NCBI GenBank assembly: GCA_964016885.1
Contig: OZ024758.1
Coordinates: forward strand, 682,001-746,000
Direction of reading: 5' to 3'
Source of the DNA: Eledone cirrhosa
Taxonomy: Eukaryota
Length of the DNA stretch: 64,000 nt
The notes beneath the pieces were generated by a model that was not told where the DNA came from, made no database searches, and saw nothing but the letters and a program-made list of their open reading frames with translations. How positions within the stretch are numbered: position 1 is the first letter of the stretch; every line of letters starts with the position of its first letter. Below, piece by piece: positions 44,153-59,846 of the stretch. Both the position numbers and the translations under genes were made by a program.

Positions 44153-44296
44153 CGAAGGAAATGTGGTAAGGAACCAGATGGACCAGAACGCACCAAAGTA
44201 CTCAATACTTAGAGTAGTAGAGTGGGTAATAGGAACAAGTATGACCCCGCCGGCAGAGCTCAAGCCGTTTCGACGGCTAATTCTGCTCCAGAATTA
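44151..44296 (-). mobile_element. Single-arm copy of the 18332/40310 family with a short terminal hairpin
   Basis: Highly similar to 40310-40444; ends TAATTCTG-CTC-CAGAATTA; (TA)n on the left. Confidence 0.75.
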
Positions 44297-46606
44297 TGAT
44301 AATGTTCCCGCAATTGGTGCAACCAGTCGGCCTCTTCTTCGCCATCCCTCGACACGTACACATATTCTAGATAGGAGAGTATTACTTATTGAATTTCTAT
44401 GTTTTAGGTGAATACAATTAAATATAACCTAAATATATGTACTTATTTTCTAAGTGCTTTCGTGTGTATAATATGTGCAAACACTTCTCAAAAGAAAATA
44501 CATATCACTATTCATATAATAGAAGGTAAAATCTAACAGATTCACATCTTTCTCTGTTCACTATGTAAAACATAAAGGACAAATGTGGAGATTTAGTTAT
44601 GGTGTATGCCGAGCACACCTAAGACGAACAAAGAAAAAGTGAAAAAACTGTGCAGTGAACACAGAAGAAGAAGGTATTTCACAGTGTTAAATTTGATAAA
44701 ATTCTGAATCTTAAATCTGCAACTCATTTCCTTATAAGAACCATTTCGTTATAAGAATATATCACACACCATTTATTCTAGTATTTAATTCCATTTGGAA
44801 ATGTTTGATAACTGTTTATGCTGAAGTCAGTTTTAGCATATTCAATAGATTATCAATGTCTGCCTTTTACCTGAAGGGAAGCTCGTGCTCAAGTGACAGC
44901 CAATGGCCTTCCATTACATGACAATCTCGTCGATAAAACAAAGGAAGTCAGATACATTGAAAATGTGAAACATAAATTCAAAGCAGAAGTGTGTGTAATT
45001 TGTATACGATTTCCGTCTCTAACGTTACATATCCTCGATAGAGCGTATGTCTGTATGTCTGTATGTGTGTGTCTCTGTATTGTCTGTATGTGTGTGTCTC
45101 TGTATTGTCTGTATGTGTGTGTCTCTGTATATGTGTGTCTCTGTATATGGTCGTCTCTGTGTGTGTGTGTCTCTGTATGTGTGTGTCCTTGTATGTGTGT
45201 GTCTCTCTATATAGTTGTCTCTATATATATAGTTGTCTCTGCATGTGTGTGTCTCTGTATGTGTGTCTCTATATATAGTTGTCTGTGTATGTCTGTGTCT
45301 CTCTATATAGTTGTCTCTGTATGTGTGTGTGTGTGTGTGTGCGTCTCTGTATATGTGTGTGTCTCTGTATGTATGTGTGTGTGTGTGTGTGTCTCTGCGT
45401 GGTTTGTACTAATGAGAATGAGATTGTGGCAGATATAAAGGAGGCTGAAAGAGAAAGTAAATGAAAGGAAGAGATGTATGGTCACGTGGCTTTAACAACG
45501 TGTTTTAATGAATGAAAATTTGCCGTTTGCCGATAGTGTTACCTTAAAGCATTGGAAGAGAAGAAAAACAACAACAAAAACTGAAGAAGGAAGAAAAAAG
45601 AAGAGAAGGAAAGGAAGAGGTTGGTAAAGATAATGGTAAGAAAGTAAAGAAATTAATAATAAAAGCAATATCGTAAGCAAGAACAGCATAGAAAAACATA
45701 AAAAAATCTAGAAAACTATCAAGAAAATTTTTTAAGGAGAATTAAAAGGAGAGGAAAAAATAGGAGCGCGGGAAAAATATATAAAAATAAAAATAAACAA
45801 CCTTATAAATAAAACAAAACAGAAATAAAAACAGTAGCCAAAACATTTACCAGCAACAACAACAACAACAAAAGCAACAAGCAACAATAATAAGAAAATT
45901 AAAAGCTAGGAAAGAGGAGAAAGAACTTCCTAACTATGGAATAATATTGGTTACTACCCTGGGGCAAATTTCGTGGTTTTCAGCAATTGAGGACAGATAT
46001 GCGGGTGGAATACATGGTGTCAATGCTGGTTATATCTGTGTGTGTGGGTGCTATGTGTTTGTGTGTGTGTGTGTGTTTGTATATGTATGTATGTTTGCAT
46101 GTGTGTGTGTGTTTGTATATGTATGTATGTTTGCATGTTTCCATGTATGTATGTATGTTTGCATGTATATGTGTATATATGTATGTGTGTATGTTTGTAT
46201 GTATATGTGTATATGTGTATAAGTGTATGTATGCATGTATTATTATGTATGTATGCGTGTATCTATGCATGTGTGTATCTATGCATGTATATATTTATAT
46301 ATGTGTGTGTATGTATGTATGTATGTATGTATGTATGTATGTATGTATGTATGTATGTATACGTGTATGTATACGTGTATGTATGTACGTATGTATTTAT
46401 GTATCTGTGTATGTATGTATTTATGTATATATTTATATTTGTGTATGTATGTATGTGTGGTTGAAGCTGTTCTATAGAACAATGGATTGATGCTTGCAAG
46501 ACTGGTCTTTTGAAATGTATGGAGGTAGCCGGGAAATTATCTTCACTGGTGTTGCTTTGTCAACGGTGTTGGTATTAATTATGGTATTATAGCGAGATAG
46601 ATAGAG

Positions 46607-46666
<60 letters not shown>

Positions 46667-46949
46667 CGAGAGAGAGAGAGAGGACAGAAGGAGAGAAAGA
46701 ATGATTTACAGACGTTTAAGGTGAATTAAATGAAATTTAGCATAAACCATATTTTGCACTTTAATTGTAATTAAAAAATAATTATAGAGTACACGTAAGA
46801 GAAACCACCAGTGTTTATTGCAATAGGAAGAATAGATATACATGTATATATGTATGTATATATATGCGTGTATGTGTATATGTATCATATATGCATGTAT
46901 ATATATATATATATATATACATGGTTTGGTTTTCGCTTCAGTATATACT

Positions 46950-47010
46950 CTTTTACTCTTTTACCTATTCCAGGCATCCGGCTGAGGCCATGCTGGGGCA
47001 CCGCCCTTGA
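46950..47010 (-). mobile_element. Terminal fragment of another SINE-like repeat
   Basis: TTTACTCTTTTAC...GGCCATGCTGGGGCACCGCC resembles, from memory, the end of an abundant octopus repeat; only one copy in this window. Confidence 0.35.
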
Positions 47011-48117
47011 AAATGTTTATATTTTTATAAATAATTTAATTGTCAATCAATGTTTTTCATTGCTTTCCCAACAGTTAAAATTTATATGGAAATATAATTT
47101 CTGAAAGTTCTTTCGCCAGACATATCTGTGACCTATTCAGTGATTATTGCTGTGTTTCCCCTGTTGTGTTTCTATATTTAATAGAAAAACTTTATATGAA
47201 TATTATTTTTAATGGGCGATATATAAGGTGGAAACAGTGTAACCGGTTGAAGTCATTTTAATAATTATAGTCCTTGTGAGTTCCCGAGAAATCGGAAGTC
47301 ATGTTCCGATCTCTCCATCCATAACTCATTCTTTTACTTTTAATTTTAGCAGGTATTTGTCCATTGCCGTCTTGCTAGATCTGTCGTCAGTAAGTAGCTT
47401 AGGCCACATGAGTGCTCATAGAGGTAATTATGAGAACACCATTGGAGCTTTCGGGATTGGTGAAAGACACATAATATCACCAACGCTACAATATCTCAAC
47501 CAACCACCATTTTCTACGCTAAATATTTTGATGAAGACTTAGCTACCTGAAAAACCGTCCAAAGGTTTAATTAGACTTCTTTTCTACAAAGCTCATTTTA
47601 TATATTTAGTGATAGTCATTCTATAATTATACGCAGATATAAAAATTACGCAGAGTTCAGAAAATCAACGGCTTACTTACAAACAATGGGCTTCATAAGT
47701 ACATTAACAAAACAATGCAATATTTTATATGAAATTACTTGATTCGTGGACTTCAAGGACGTAAATTTCAAAATATTCCTACGACTGTGATTGATGGACT
47801 ACCAAATAGATTTTAATCTGATATTTTATTATAGGTTTATGTTACTCAGTTTCATCTTTCCTCTCGGCAAAGCAATTAAAAATATATATTCTAGAAAAGG
47901 GAAAATATAAAAGATCTTACTATAAAATGTAATAACAGATAATGATAAAAATGGACACGACCATCTTAACATTTGAAATGAATGACGCGAACACATCAAA
48001 TAAATGACGTCACGCTTCTTCGTGAGAACGACAAAAATATGAGAGACTGCTTCACCATATGGTAGAGGAGGGGAATAACAACAACAACTATAAACCTGCA
48101 TAATTAATAGGAATTAT

Positions 48118-48196
48118 GTTGGTGGTGGTGGTGGTGGTGTTGGTGGTGTTGGTAGTGTTGATGGGGTGATGGTGGTGGTGATGGTGGTGGTGTTGG

Positions 48197-48227
<31 letters not shown>

Positions 48228-48385
48228 GATGATGTTGGTAGTGGTGGTGATGGTGGTGATGGTGGTGGTGATGGAGGTGGTGATGGTGGTGGTGGTGGTG
48301 GTGGTGGTGGTGGTGATGGTGGTGATGGTAGTGATGGTGGTGATGGTGATGGTGGTGCTGCTGCTGGTGGTGATTGGGGTGGTAT
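48118..48385. repeat. (GGT/GAT/GTT)n trinucleotide microsatellite
   Basis: Direct reading of the sequence. Confidence 0.95.
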
Positions 48386-49977
48386 TGGAGATTTTGAAAT
48401 ATAAAATAAATTAAAAATAAACATAAAAAAAAAAAATACTGATGTGAAATATGTGAAAAAAAAATTGTAACAAAACTATTTGAGAAATAAAAAGAAATGT
48501 CAAAATAACGTCAAATAAAATAAAACATGAACACTTTATAAAACAAAGGAAAGCAAAATACGATAAAATATAGGAAACGTTGGAAGAAAGAGAAGATGTA
48601 GGAAGAAATATAGACAGGACGGAAAATATGAAGAAATTCCTATATGTCATCAAGAGAAAGATGAAGATGTAGATATAAAATACGAAAAAAGAGAAGGAAT
48701 ATAAGAAGACGATAGATTATTATAGGTAAGGTAAAGAAATATTAAGGTAGACGGTATAAGGTATAATGAAAAGGACGAGCTGTTAAATCTTCATTACATT
48801 TATTGAGGTGTGACGGGCGTTTCGCAATTGACCAGTTCGAGGTTCAATCAAAGGCTCACCGGACTTCTGTTATGGTAACAGAAGTGCGGTGAGCCTTTGA
48901 TTCCAGAGTCGGTCCATTACTGAGTAAGAGTGACCAATCTGTTTCTTTTTCCTATCCACTAAGTGGTCCGGCCCGAATTAGACACCGAACTTCACCCTTA
49001 TATCCGTCCAGCGTCCGTGTTCTCTCATCCAGTAAGAAACCCCCCAAGAAATATCGTCCTTCACTATTAAGAAATAAAGGACAATTATAACCGCAACTGT
49101 GCCAAAGAAAACAGGAAAAGTCACGGATGGCATACCTATGATCTTGTGTTAAATAACAACGAGAGCAACGTTACAATGCATAAATATGGTGAGATCTTAT
49201 GAAAAAGCGTGAACACGGGAAGACTTTATCATTGAGATGTATATCATTAGCTTGTTGCGCACTGTGTTAGAAATTTCATACATTATTAGGGGAGGAAACA
49301 GGAAATCACTTTAGTATAATCTACCATGAGATTTTCCAACCAACCAGAACATTAGTAGATCAATCCTCCCACGACGCCTACAGTTGATTAAAGCTAGTTA
49401 GATGAAAGAAAAAAATAGAAGAAAAAAAAATATTAAAAAAAGAAAAGCTCGTTCGTTACAGTATACTTTAAATGAATGCATATGTGCAAGATTTGATAAC
49501 TTCAATATGTTGTATAATTGAACAACATATAACCTTATACTCTGTCAAACGTTCATAATCATTTCATTTTTGTCAGGATGTGACGACAGGGTTTCTTTCT
49601 CTTTTACATAAGTATTATATGTAGGAACTACACATTAAAGATATTGTTTAATGAAGCGAAGCAAACAAAGTAGCCTGTCAGCATGCTTTAGAAAGCAACA
49701 CTTAGTGTTACTGCATGAAACAATGCAGACTGCTGCATGTGAGAAAGTTAATAACATAAAACATTGCAGATTAATATTGTAGATTTCAAATATAATCCAA
49801 TTAGTAATTTAGTAATTCAACCGCGTTTACTATTACATTTGTTCTATGTCTGTAACTGTTTTCATCGTTATATTATAAGTATGGGTGAGTGTTGGGAGGG
49901 TTGTGCGTCTGTTTATCTCCCACTCTCTCTCTTTCTCTCATTATATATGGATGCATATGTATGCATCTATCTATCTA

Positions 49978-50045
<68 letters not shown>

Positions 50046-50588
50046 CTCTCTCTATATATATATACACATATATATATATATGAATATATATACATATACA
50101 TATATAGATAAAAGAAATCAAAGATCGCCTATATACTCAAACAATTTTTATTCGCTGACAATGTTTCATCCATACCGTGGGGCAGGAATCATCAGAGCGT
50201 TATAAGCAAAAATATAGTGTTGAATATAAGCTCTACCAAGCTTAGTCACCAGAACAGGATAATAAGAGGGAGATTGGAGATGAGAAGGATGGAGAGAATG
50301 CGTAGTGGAGTTGTTAGTTAACATTATAGCAAAATATGAGAATACAAGCAGATTTTCTCACAAGAAACTGAGGCATGTGAATGTACACAAAAGCAAATAA
50401 AAGCAATTAAAGATAATTAAAAAAGAGAGAAAAATAAATTGAGGCATGTGAAGGCACACACAAGCAACAAAAGAAGGTATGCATTGGTCACTATAGAAGA
50501 CAGGCAAGTGAATGCACACAGAAGTAATTAAATGATACATGCACTATGCACCATAAGAGGCAGGTAATATGTATGTCTCTCTCTCTAT

Positions 50589-50657
<69 letters not shown>

Positions 50658-50738
50658 CATATCCCATATAAATCTCTACCTATCTATCTATCTACCTCTA
50701 CACCTCTTTCTATCACTGACTCTCTCTCCATCTGTACA

Positions 50739-50769
<31 letters not shown>

Positions 50770-51094
50770 TATTATTACTATTATTATCATTATGATTATT
50801 TGGACTTTCCGTCCAAATTTTGTAATACACATCTACAAAAACAAAGACACCTAAACTGTGTTTTACTATGCAGTATTGAATGTTTCACTTGGTGTACCAA
50901 AGCTGATAGAAACGGAAGATCAAATATTAGCGTGTGTCTGTATTTTTATAAAATAAATTTGTTTTAATTCTTGTATTATATGATTTCATGAATAAGTCCA
51001 ACATTTTTAGGTTTTTCTCGCGGTTTGCACCAGAAAATAATTTCAAATGATCTGTTAAAAGACATAGTGATAGTAATTTGAGGGTCTCTCATAC

Positions 51095-51180
51095 TTGCCA
51101 CTGAGATAAATTTAATAAAATGGACAGTCCTTTAAAATAAATGCAGAAATGAACTGCAAAACAAAATATCTCTGTCCTGG
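51095..51180 (-). CDS. Candidate exon (ARTEIFCFAVHFCIYFKGLSILLNLSQWQ), unknown gene
   Basis: TTCTCTTTGCAG acceptor and GTATGA donor; phase 1 start matches the phase 1 end of 51758-51911. Confidence 0.25.
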
Positions 51181-51217
51181 CTGCAAAGAGAATTAAATTC
51201 TCCAGACCACAGGCAAC

Positions 51218-51249
<32 letters not shown>

Positions 51250-51269
51250 CATATATAAATATATATATG

Positions 51270-51317
<48 letters not shown>

Positions 51318-51329
51318 CATATATATATT

Positions 51330-51388
<59 letters not shown>

Positions 51389-51450
51389 CATATATATATT
51401 TATATAATATATATATATATATATATATATCATATATAAATATATATATG

Positions 51451-51499
<49 letters not shown>

Positions 51500-51579
51500 A
51501 TAATAATAAAATTGAAGACTAAAATCCAAAGAGGGCTCGATAAGGATAAATATATATCAAATATATAAGAACCGTAGAG

Positions 51580-51624
<45 letters not shown>

Positions 51625-51626
51625 AG

Positions 51627-51702
<76 letters not shown>

Positions 51703-51757
51703 GATATATAGATATGAAAAAAAATATATATATATTCCGTATTTATTTTAAACATAC

Positions 51758-51911
51758 CGTATTTTCTCTGAACTGGGATCATTTGAATTGAATATACTTC
51801 TTCCTTCAGATTTATGGACACCTTCACCTCAGTGGTCGGCCATTCATTTGTGAATGTCCTCAACACTTCATCTATTCCCTTCTGAATACTCTTCTCAACC
51901 ACAAAATCCAC
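51758..51911 (-). CDS. Candidate exon (VDFVVEKSIQKGIDEVLRTFTNEWPTTEVKVSINLKEEVYSIQMIPVQRKY), unknown gene
   Basis: TTTTAGGTTGTAG acceptor, GTATGT donor, open 154-nt frame with globular-protein-like composition. Confidence 0.4.
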
Positions 51912-52276
51912 CTACAACCTAAAATAGTAGCTAAACCCCTCTCAAATAAATATTGTAAATAAAGGAACAGACGTTGAAAAATGTAGAGTTTAGTATGGAA
52001 TTATAGGATGAATGCCTTTGATCATAGATATTCTCAAAGGTTTCTCAAATATTCTCATAGATATTCTCTTAGTGTTGAAAAGAAAAATAGCAACAAGAAA
52101 ATTCGTTGAATCACCGCAGGGTCTAATTACAGCAATATGTAGAAATAAACGCCATGGTTGCCTACTCTGCAAATGGAAATCCCTCTTGACACACGCACAC
52201 ACAGATACGTACAAATTCATACAAACATACATACACAAATACATCTGCATCTACACACGCATATATATATATATAC

Positions 52277-52423
<147 letters not shown>

Positions 52424-52426
52424 GTT

Positions 52427-52476
<50 letters not shown>

Positions 52477-52642
52477 TATGAAAAACTCAAGATAATGCGC
52501 CAACTTCAAATAATTAAATTAACTCTTCTGCAGGTATTAATATATAAATATATTTCATATATAAGTCATAGTTGAGCACAATTTAGCCCTCTCGAATAGT
52601 ACATATATTAACCGAAACATCACCCTGTTGCATGGTATTTAC

Positions 52643-52767
52643 TTGAAGTTTCTTCATTAAATCTGTACACGTATCATGAAATCCATCTTTTGAGGGAGCA
52701 TTGTATGTTTTGGATTCGATAAATTGCTCCTGCATGGACATCGCATCATAAATGGCTCCATGTCTAT
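52643..52767 (-). CDS. Candidate exon (RHGAIYDAMSMQEQFIESKTYNAPSKDGFHDTCTDLMKKLQ), unknown gene
   Basis: TTTGCAG acceptor and GTAAAT donor; phase 0 end matches the phase 0 start of the next candidate exon. Confidence 0.35.
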
Positions 52768-53017
52768 CTGCAAATTTTCCCTAATAGTTCTATGTACACA
52801 TGATCTTCCCATGTTTTCTCCTATTTCCGTACTCTATCAACATCTTGAGTGATCTCCCTTGACTTAAAACAAAAAATGAAGTTGCGGAGTGTCTTTTACA
52901 TTTTGCTGTTAGCAAAGTTTCTTGAGTTTTTATGATTATTTTAGCAATTTGAATTTGTTCATATCTGTCATTGATTCTGTGGTTGTGACGGTGCCGAAAA
53001 TAAAAGTATATATACTG

Positions 53018-53054
<37 letters not shown>

Positions 53055-53208
53055 GTGTGTGGGTGCTATATATATATATATATGCCTATGTGCATGACCG
53101 AGTGTTTATATGTTTGTACACTGATACACAAGCACGCGTGCACACAAACATATATTCATATACATATATACGTATACACAAACATATATTCGTATACATA
53201 TATACATA

Positions 53209-53242
<34 letters not shown>

Positions 53243-53754
53243 TATATATATATATATGTTCCTGTAAACGCTTCATTTCATAAGCACATATGCTAACCGT
53301 TTTGCTCGATTTCGATAAACTGCTACTTTTTTTCTTTTTTAACGCATATGTGCTGTAAAAAATAGACATATTCATTCTTCGGGGAACTCATTAATGTTAA
53401 TAGTTAAATACCGTAAATATCTGATTGATATTATCTCTTTCTGAAATCTGCTAGGTATACAATATATATTTTTTCTTAATAACATAAAAAGATGTCCACT
53501 AGTCCTTTGTGTAATACTATTTCCACCTTTGATGAAGGTATGGTAGATGTATTTAGACTCGAAATCTTCACAAAAATATACAAATGTTTTAATTCCTTTA
53601 ATTTGTTTAGCATATTGCAAGAATGCGTCTTTCTACTTTTGATCAGAATCTCTCTCCATCTTTCTCTTTCTCCCTTTCTTTCTTCCCCCCTGTCTCTATC
53701 TCTGTCTCTCTCTCTTTATATATATATATATATATTATAATATATATCATATAT

Positions 53755-53834
<80 letters not shown>

Positions 53835-53920
53835 ATATATTAAATATATAAATATATATATATTATATCATATATATATATATATATATATATACATACA
53901 TATATATATATATATATTAT

Positions 53921-53973
<53 letters not shown>

Positions 53974-53976
53974 TAT

Positions 53977-54096
<120 letters not shown>

Positions 54097-54133
54097 CGTA
54101 TATATATATGCATATAAATACACACACACACAC

Positions 54134-54183
<50 letters not shown>

Positions 54184-54189
54184 ATATAG

Positions 54190-54301
<112 letters not shown>

Positions 54302-54684
54302 GTTGTGATTCACTAATCAATCCTTTACATGCGTTACGGTATTATTGATTTTGACCTGCATCATTCTAGAATTCGATAACATATTTCACATAACTATTGG
54401 TAGAGGACCAATCACATAGATTGAAATTGAACTGGTCAGAGAACAACAAAAAAATCTATTCACAGGTGACATATATCATATGAAAGAAAAATCCTTCGAC
54501 TGCCGAAACAAAAAAACAGCTAAAAAAACAGCTATTCACAGCTAAAGCTTCGCCACTTTGAGTCAATATCTCACAAAACGACCAGCAATAAATCTTGGTA
54601 GATTAAAAAAATAATGTAAATATTGATAACGATACTGCAGTGAGATATCTCGAAATGAAAATATTGACAGAGTACACACACTCG

Positions 54685-54775
<91 letters not shown>

Positions 54776-54878
54776 GCATACACACATACATACAGACACA
54801 AACACAGACACACACACATATATATATATATATTTGTATGTGTGTGTGCATGTGTATATGGTAGGGATATACATACCT

Positions 54879-54920
<42 letters not shown>

Positions 54921-55606
54921 GTGTATGCATTTACACCCACGTGTATATACATACAGGAATACGTAGACACAACTACTTTACACATAAAACCTGATGGAAT
55001 GGAATTGTTGCAGAACAGATTAATTTTTCAGCTGTCCAACTAAATATGTCAACAGAATATACCAGTGGAAGGATTTGCTGCTGTACCAATCCCAAAGGAT
55101 CAGACTGGTAGTTCATCCATTTCCCAGCCCGCTTACCATTTCCCTGTAGAATGTTTATTGTTTATTTTAGAGTCATATTTCTTTCTTCGATTTTTTTGTT
55201 CTTTTTTTCCTCGTATCTTTTTCATGCATTTTTCTTCACGACTTATTGTTTGGTGAATATTTCTTCATTTTTATATTTTATTCCCATTTTATGTTACGCA
55301 AATAGAGCATTTCATAAACACAAGCAATCATTTGCGGATATTTTCTTAACTTTTCTCTCTCCTCCTTAGTATCTCAATAAACAATTCCTTCAAATCCCTT
55401 ATGATTCCCATGTTTATTTTCATGGCTGTTTGTTGGTCCAGCGCCGATATTATTTATTTGCTTATTTACTTATCTTCCTCCACTGCGATTCTGCAGCCGG
55501 GTTTTATCAGCTACACACATATAGCATACATATGCATTGACACACGCACATATATAATATATGTGTATACATTGACACACACACGTACATATATGTAGAT
55601 GTATAT

Positions 55607-55643
<37 letters not shown>

Positions 55644-55668
55644 AATATATATATATATATTTATATAT

Positions 55669-55743
<75 letters not shown>

Positions 55744-55754
55744 AATATGTGTAT

Positions 55755-56033
55755 ATGTTGTTATACTTTGGGAGGATCATGTTGCCAATAAGAAACACAC
55801 GCACCAGTTGCTTTCACTTCAATTTATTATAATAAATTTATAAATTTAGGAATTTATAAATTTCCGGAAATTTATAAATTCCTAAATTTATAAATTTATT
55901 ATAATAAATTGAAGTGAAAGCAGCTGGTGCGTGTGTTTCTTATTGGCAACATGACCCTCCCAAAGTATAACAATATCGGTTTCAACACACGTTTTCAGAT
56001 AAAGAATCTTGCTAAACAAATTCAGAAACGAAA
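55755..56033. mobile_element. Zero-spacer palindrome (~111-bp arms, centre TTCCGGAA) plus tail homologous to the PLE-1 terminus
   Basis: 55755-55865 / 55866-55976 with ~3 mismatches; ATGACCCTCCCAAAGTATAACAATATCGGTTTCAACACACG aligns with ATGACCCTCCCCAAATATAACAATATCTGTTTCGACACACG at 10999-11039. Confidence 0.85.
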
Positions 56034-56043
56034 TATATATATA

Positions 56044-56150
<107 letters not shown>

Positions 56151-56186
56151 TATATATATGAATATATATATATGAATATATATATA

Positions 56187-56224
<38 letters not shown>

Positions 56225-56409
56225 GATAAATCTACCAAGAGTTTACGGTAGTGTCCAATCCGTATGAAGAACTCAATGTATTCCGGATATCATGGAAAGA
56301 AGAGATGTAATGAAAATCCAATTTCGGTGAAAGATAAATGGTATACAGAGTCAAGATAAAATATTAAACAAATAATGAACAAACAATTCCTTATATTAAA
56401 CAAAAAAAG

Positions 56410-56564
56410 TTCACTATTTAACGATCGTTTCTAGGGCATATATGTGTTATAATTGGTATGCATATTTAACAGATCTATGTACAAAATTATACAAAATTAT
56501 ACAAATTATCAAGATTAAATATACATACCTAACTCATATATACGCCGTCTTCAGAAATAATGAA
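56410..56564 (-). ncRNA. Type I hammerhead ribozyme with a long stem II insertion
   Basis: TTCATTATTT-CTGAAGA-..GGCGTATATATG..CATATATGCC..-GAAA-CGATCG-TT-AAATAGTGAA: 10-bp stem I, palindromic stem III, GUU triplet. Confidence 0.7.
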
Positions 56565-57339
56565 GTATATTTATTGATAATAACAACAATTCAAAATATC
56601 AGTTCAAAATTGACCAATGAAAACACAAAGGGTTAAAAAGCAGTTTGGTGTGTGTATATACATGTAAAACCCTACACACATTTTACAATAATGTGTGTAT
56701 AATCTGTATGTGCATACTAAAAAGATGGATGCAAATAAAAAATTTCAAGGTTAATATCTCTGTAAGCTTAATGCGCTGATAAGATACGCAATGATACTTA
56801 TGAAGTCAAGCATATAAATATATTTTTTTCATACTCACACATATCAGTATAATCACACATACATGTGCGTATATATATAAAAATATACACATAACCACGA
56901 ACACACAAACACACACACTCCCCCACTCACATTTATATATGTGGATATAAAATCATAAGCAAAAAGAAATTAAGTCACTCACATAAACACACTGGTACAG
57001 ACATTTCAAGATCAAGATACAGAAATTAGGTGGGAGGGGGGGGGGGGAGGGGTCAGTATTAGACTGTCAGACCAGACAACCTTAATATAAATGTATCTAT
57101 AAATTATGAAAAATAAAAAAATAAAAACAATAAAATATAAATACATATAAAATAATGTACATACGCATACAGATATACATACACATACATACATGTACGC
57201 GCACATAGAGATATCTATACATACATACATACACACATACCTATACTGTCATACGCACACATACATTTACACGAACATACTCATACACATATAAAAAGAT
57301 ATAAATACGGACACACACACGCGCAACTCATACATACAT

Positions 57340-57392
<53 letters not shown>

Positions 57393-57499
57393 TATACACA
57401 CACACGTAGACTCATATATATATACATACACATACATACATTTATACAAACATATATATCCCACACTCATATCACCATAAAAACACATACAAACATCCA

Positions 57500-57556
<57 letters not shown>

Positions 57557-57771
57557 ACATACACACACGTACACACATATGTATATATACATACATATAT
57601 ATACACATACACATATATAAATCCACACACACACATAAAATACAGACATGCACATATATATATATATATATATATATATTTCATTACTCTTATATATACA
57701 CATAGTATATATACATACACGACCTCACTTATACACATATACACATAAGTTATATTACAATAATAATAAAG

Positions 57772-57812
<41 letters not shown>

Positions 57813-57957
57813 TATATACACACATATACACATATACATACACACACATACACATACATACATACATACACATACATACATACACCTAAATATAAACATA
57901 TATAAATACATACATACGAATAAAGACATATATTCACACATAGACACCTATATACAC

Positions 57958-57993
<36 letters not shown>

Positions 57994-58092
57994 CTATATA
58001 CACACACATACACATACATACACATACATATACATATATATATATATACACATATACACACACGCACACACATACAGACACACATACACACT

Positions 58093-58129
<37 letters not shown>

Positions 58130-59846
58130 ATGTGAGTGTGCGCAAATACATATACATATATATACACACACACATATAAACACACACAAACTTATACATA
58201 TGCATACGCACACACACACACACATATATCACATAGATACGAAGATAAACATATAAATAGAGAGACATATAAATATATACAGAACCCATATACACATACA
58301 TACAAACACGCATATACATATATATACATATATACACACATATATATTCCTATATACAAGCATATACATACACACACATATATACATATACATACACATA
58401 TACATATCACACATTCACACACATGTACATATATAATACATATATATACACATATATATACATATATATGTATGTACAATCATATATACACACTCAATCT
58501 TACATTCATATTTACATGCTCATATATGTATTTTTATATTTAGAAATAAATACCAAAAAAACTATATAGACACTCATCTACACATATATTCATACATATA
58601 CACTTACAAAAACAGATGATAATAGTATGGGGGAAAGGGGGGGTTTGGAGAAGGGGATCAAAGTAAATATATGTTTCAAGAAACATATAATATTTTCCAT
58701 ATCTTAATTCAATGTATGTTCTTACATATTTTCAGTGCTAGGAAATACGAAATCTATGCATCACAAAATAAAGAAGTATATTATTAATCATATGTCAACT
58801 AAACCAAAGATAGTCAACATATTGATTTCCAAGGTGTAAATTAGTTAGGTTTATAATATTTGAGGCAGAATTATGAAGTCAAACAGTAGTAGATTATTAA
58901 TTACATTATAACTAAATTAAAGTTAATAACGTTATGGTATCAATATTAGGAGATGAATAGGGAAAAGAAACCCAAATAAAAATAAAATAAAGTATTACAT
59001 CGGTAGTAGCATATAAATTATATGTTAACTAAGTTAAAAATTATATATTTATTTCAATAGTATATGTTAATTAGTATATGTTAATTAGGTATACAATACA
59101 TAAAGCAGATATTGTATTTCATCAATAGCATAATATAATTATATGCAAATAAAAATCAAAACTAATACGCATACATATACATATACATACACATACATAT
59201 ACATATACATATACATACACATATACATATATATATATACATATATATACACATACATACATATATAGTCACATAAATATACATACAGATACACATACAA
59301 CACACACATATATATATACATATAGATATACATATCTTTTTCAAAAAATTTGCACAGAATATATTAACTAGGTATATATCCAAAAACACCTCCCATTCTA
59401 TGATTACATGACATTCTGCAATTTGTCTGTACAATGATACTAATTTTAAGCAAATTAAAGTTAAAATTAAAGTTTTAGGTTGATTAAAGCTAAAACCAAA
59501 TAATAAATATATTTCCAAAATGTATATTAATTAGGTCAATAATACTAAAAATTCTTTCTCCGTCATAGGATACATGATATTATTTTGTTATATTTTATCT
59601 GTAAAAGAATTATAATTAAAAAAAATTATAATAAAAGGTTAAACTAAATTAAAAAATTATAATAAAAGGTTAAAATAAGTTAAAATTAATCTATAAATTA
59701 AATTACTGAATATATATTAGTAATATTTAAAGGTTTTTCAAAATTAATGATTACATAAAATTTTCTCATCTGTAATAAAATATTAATTAAATTAAATTTA
59801 TAGGTTAACTAACATTTAAATTAAAATAAATTCTAGAATAATGTTA

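Noticed and set aside
48104-48424. Proline-rich or valine-rich protein ORFs
   Set aside because: Translations of a (GGT)n trinucleotide repeat.
51215-51500. Local tandem duplication of a composite TA tract (also ~23595-23870)
   Set aside because: Ordinary slippage or unequal exchange in low-complexity DNA.
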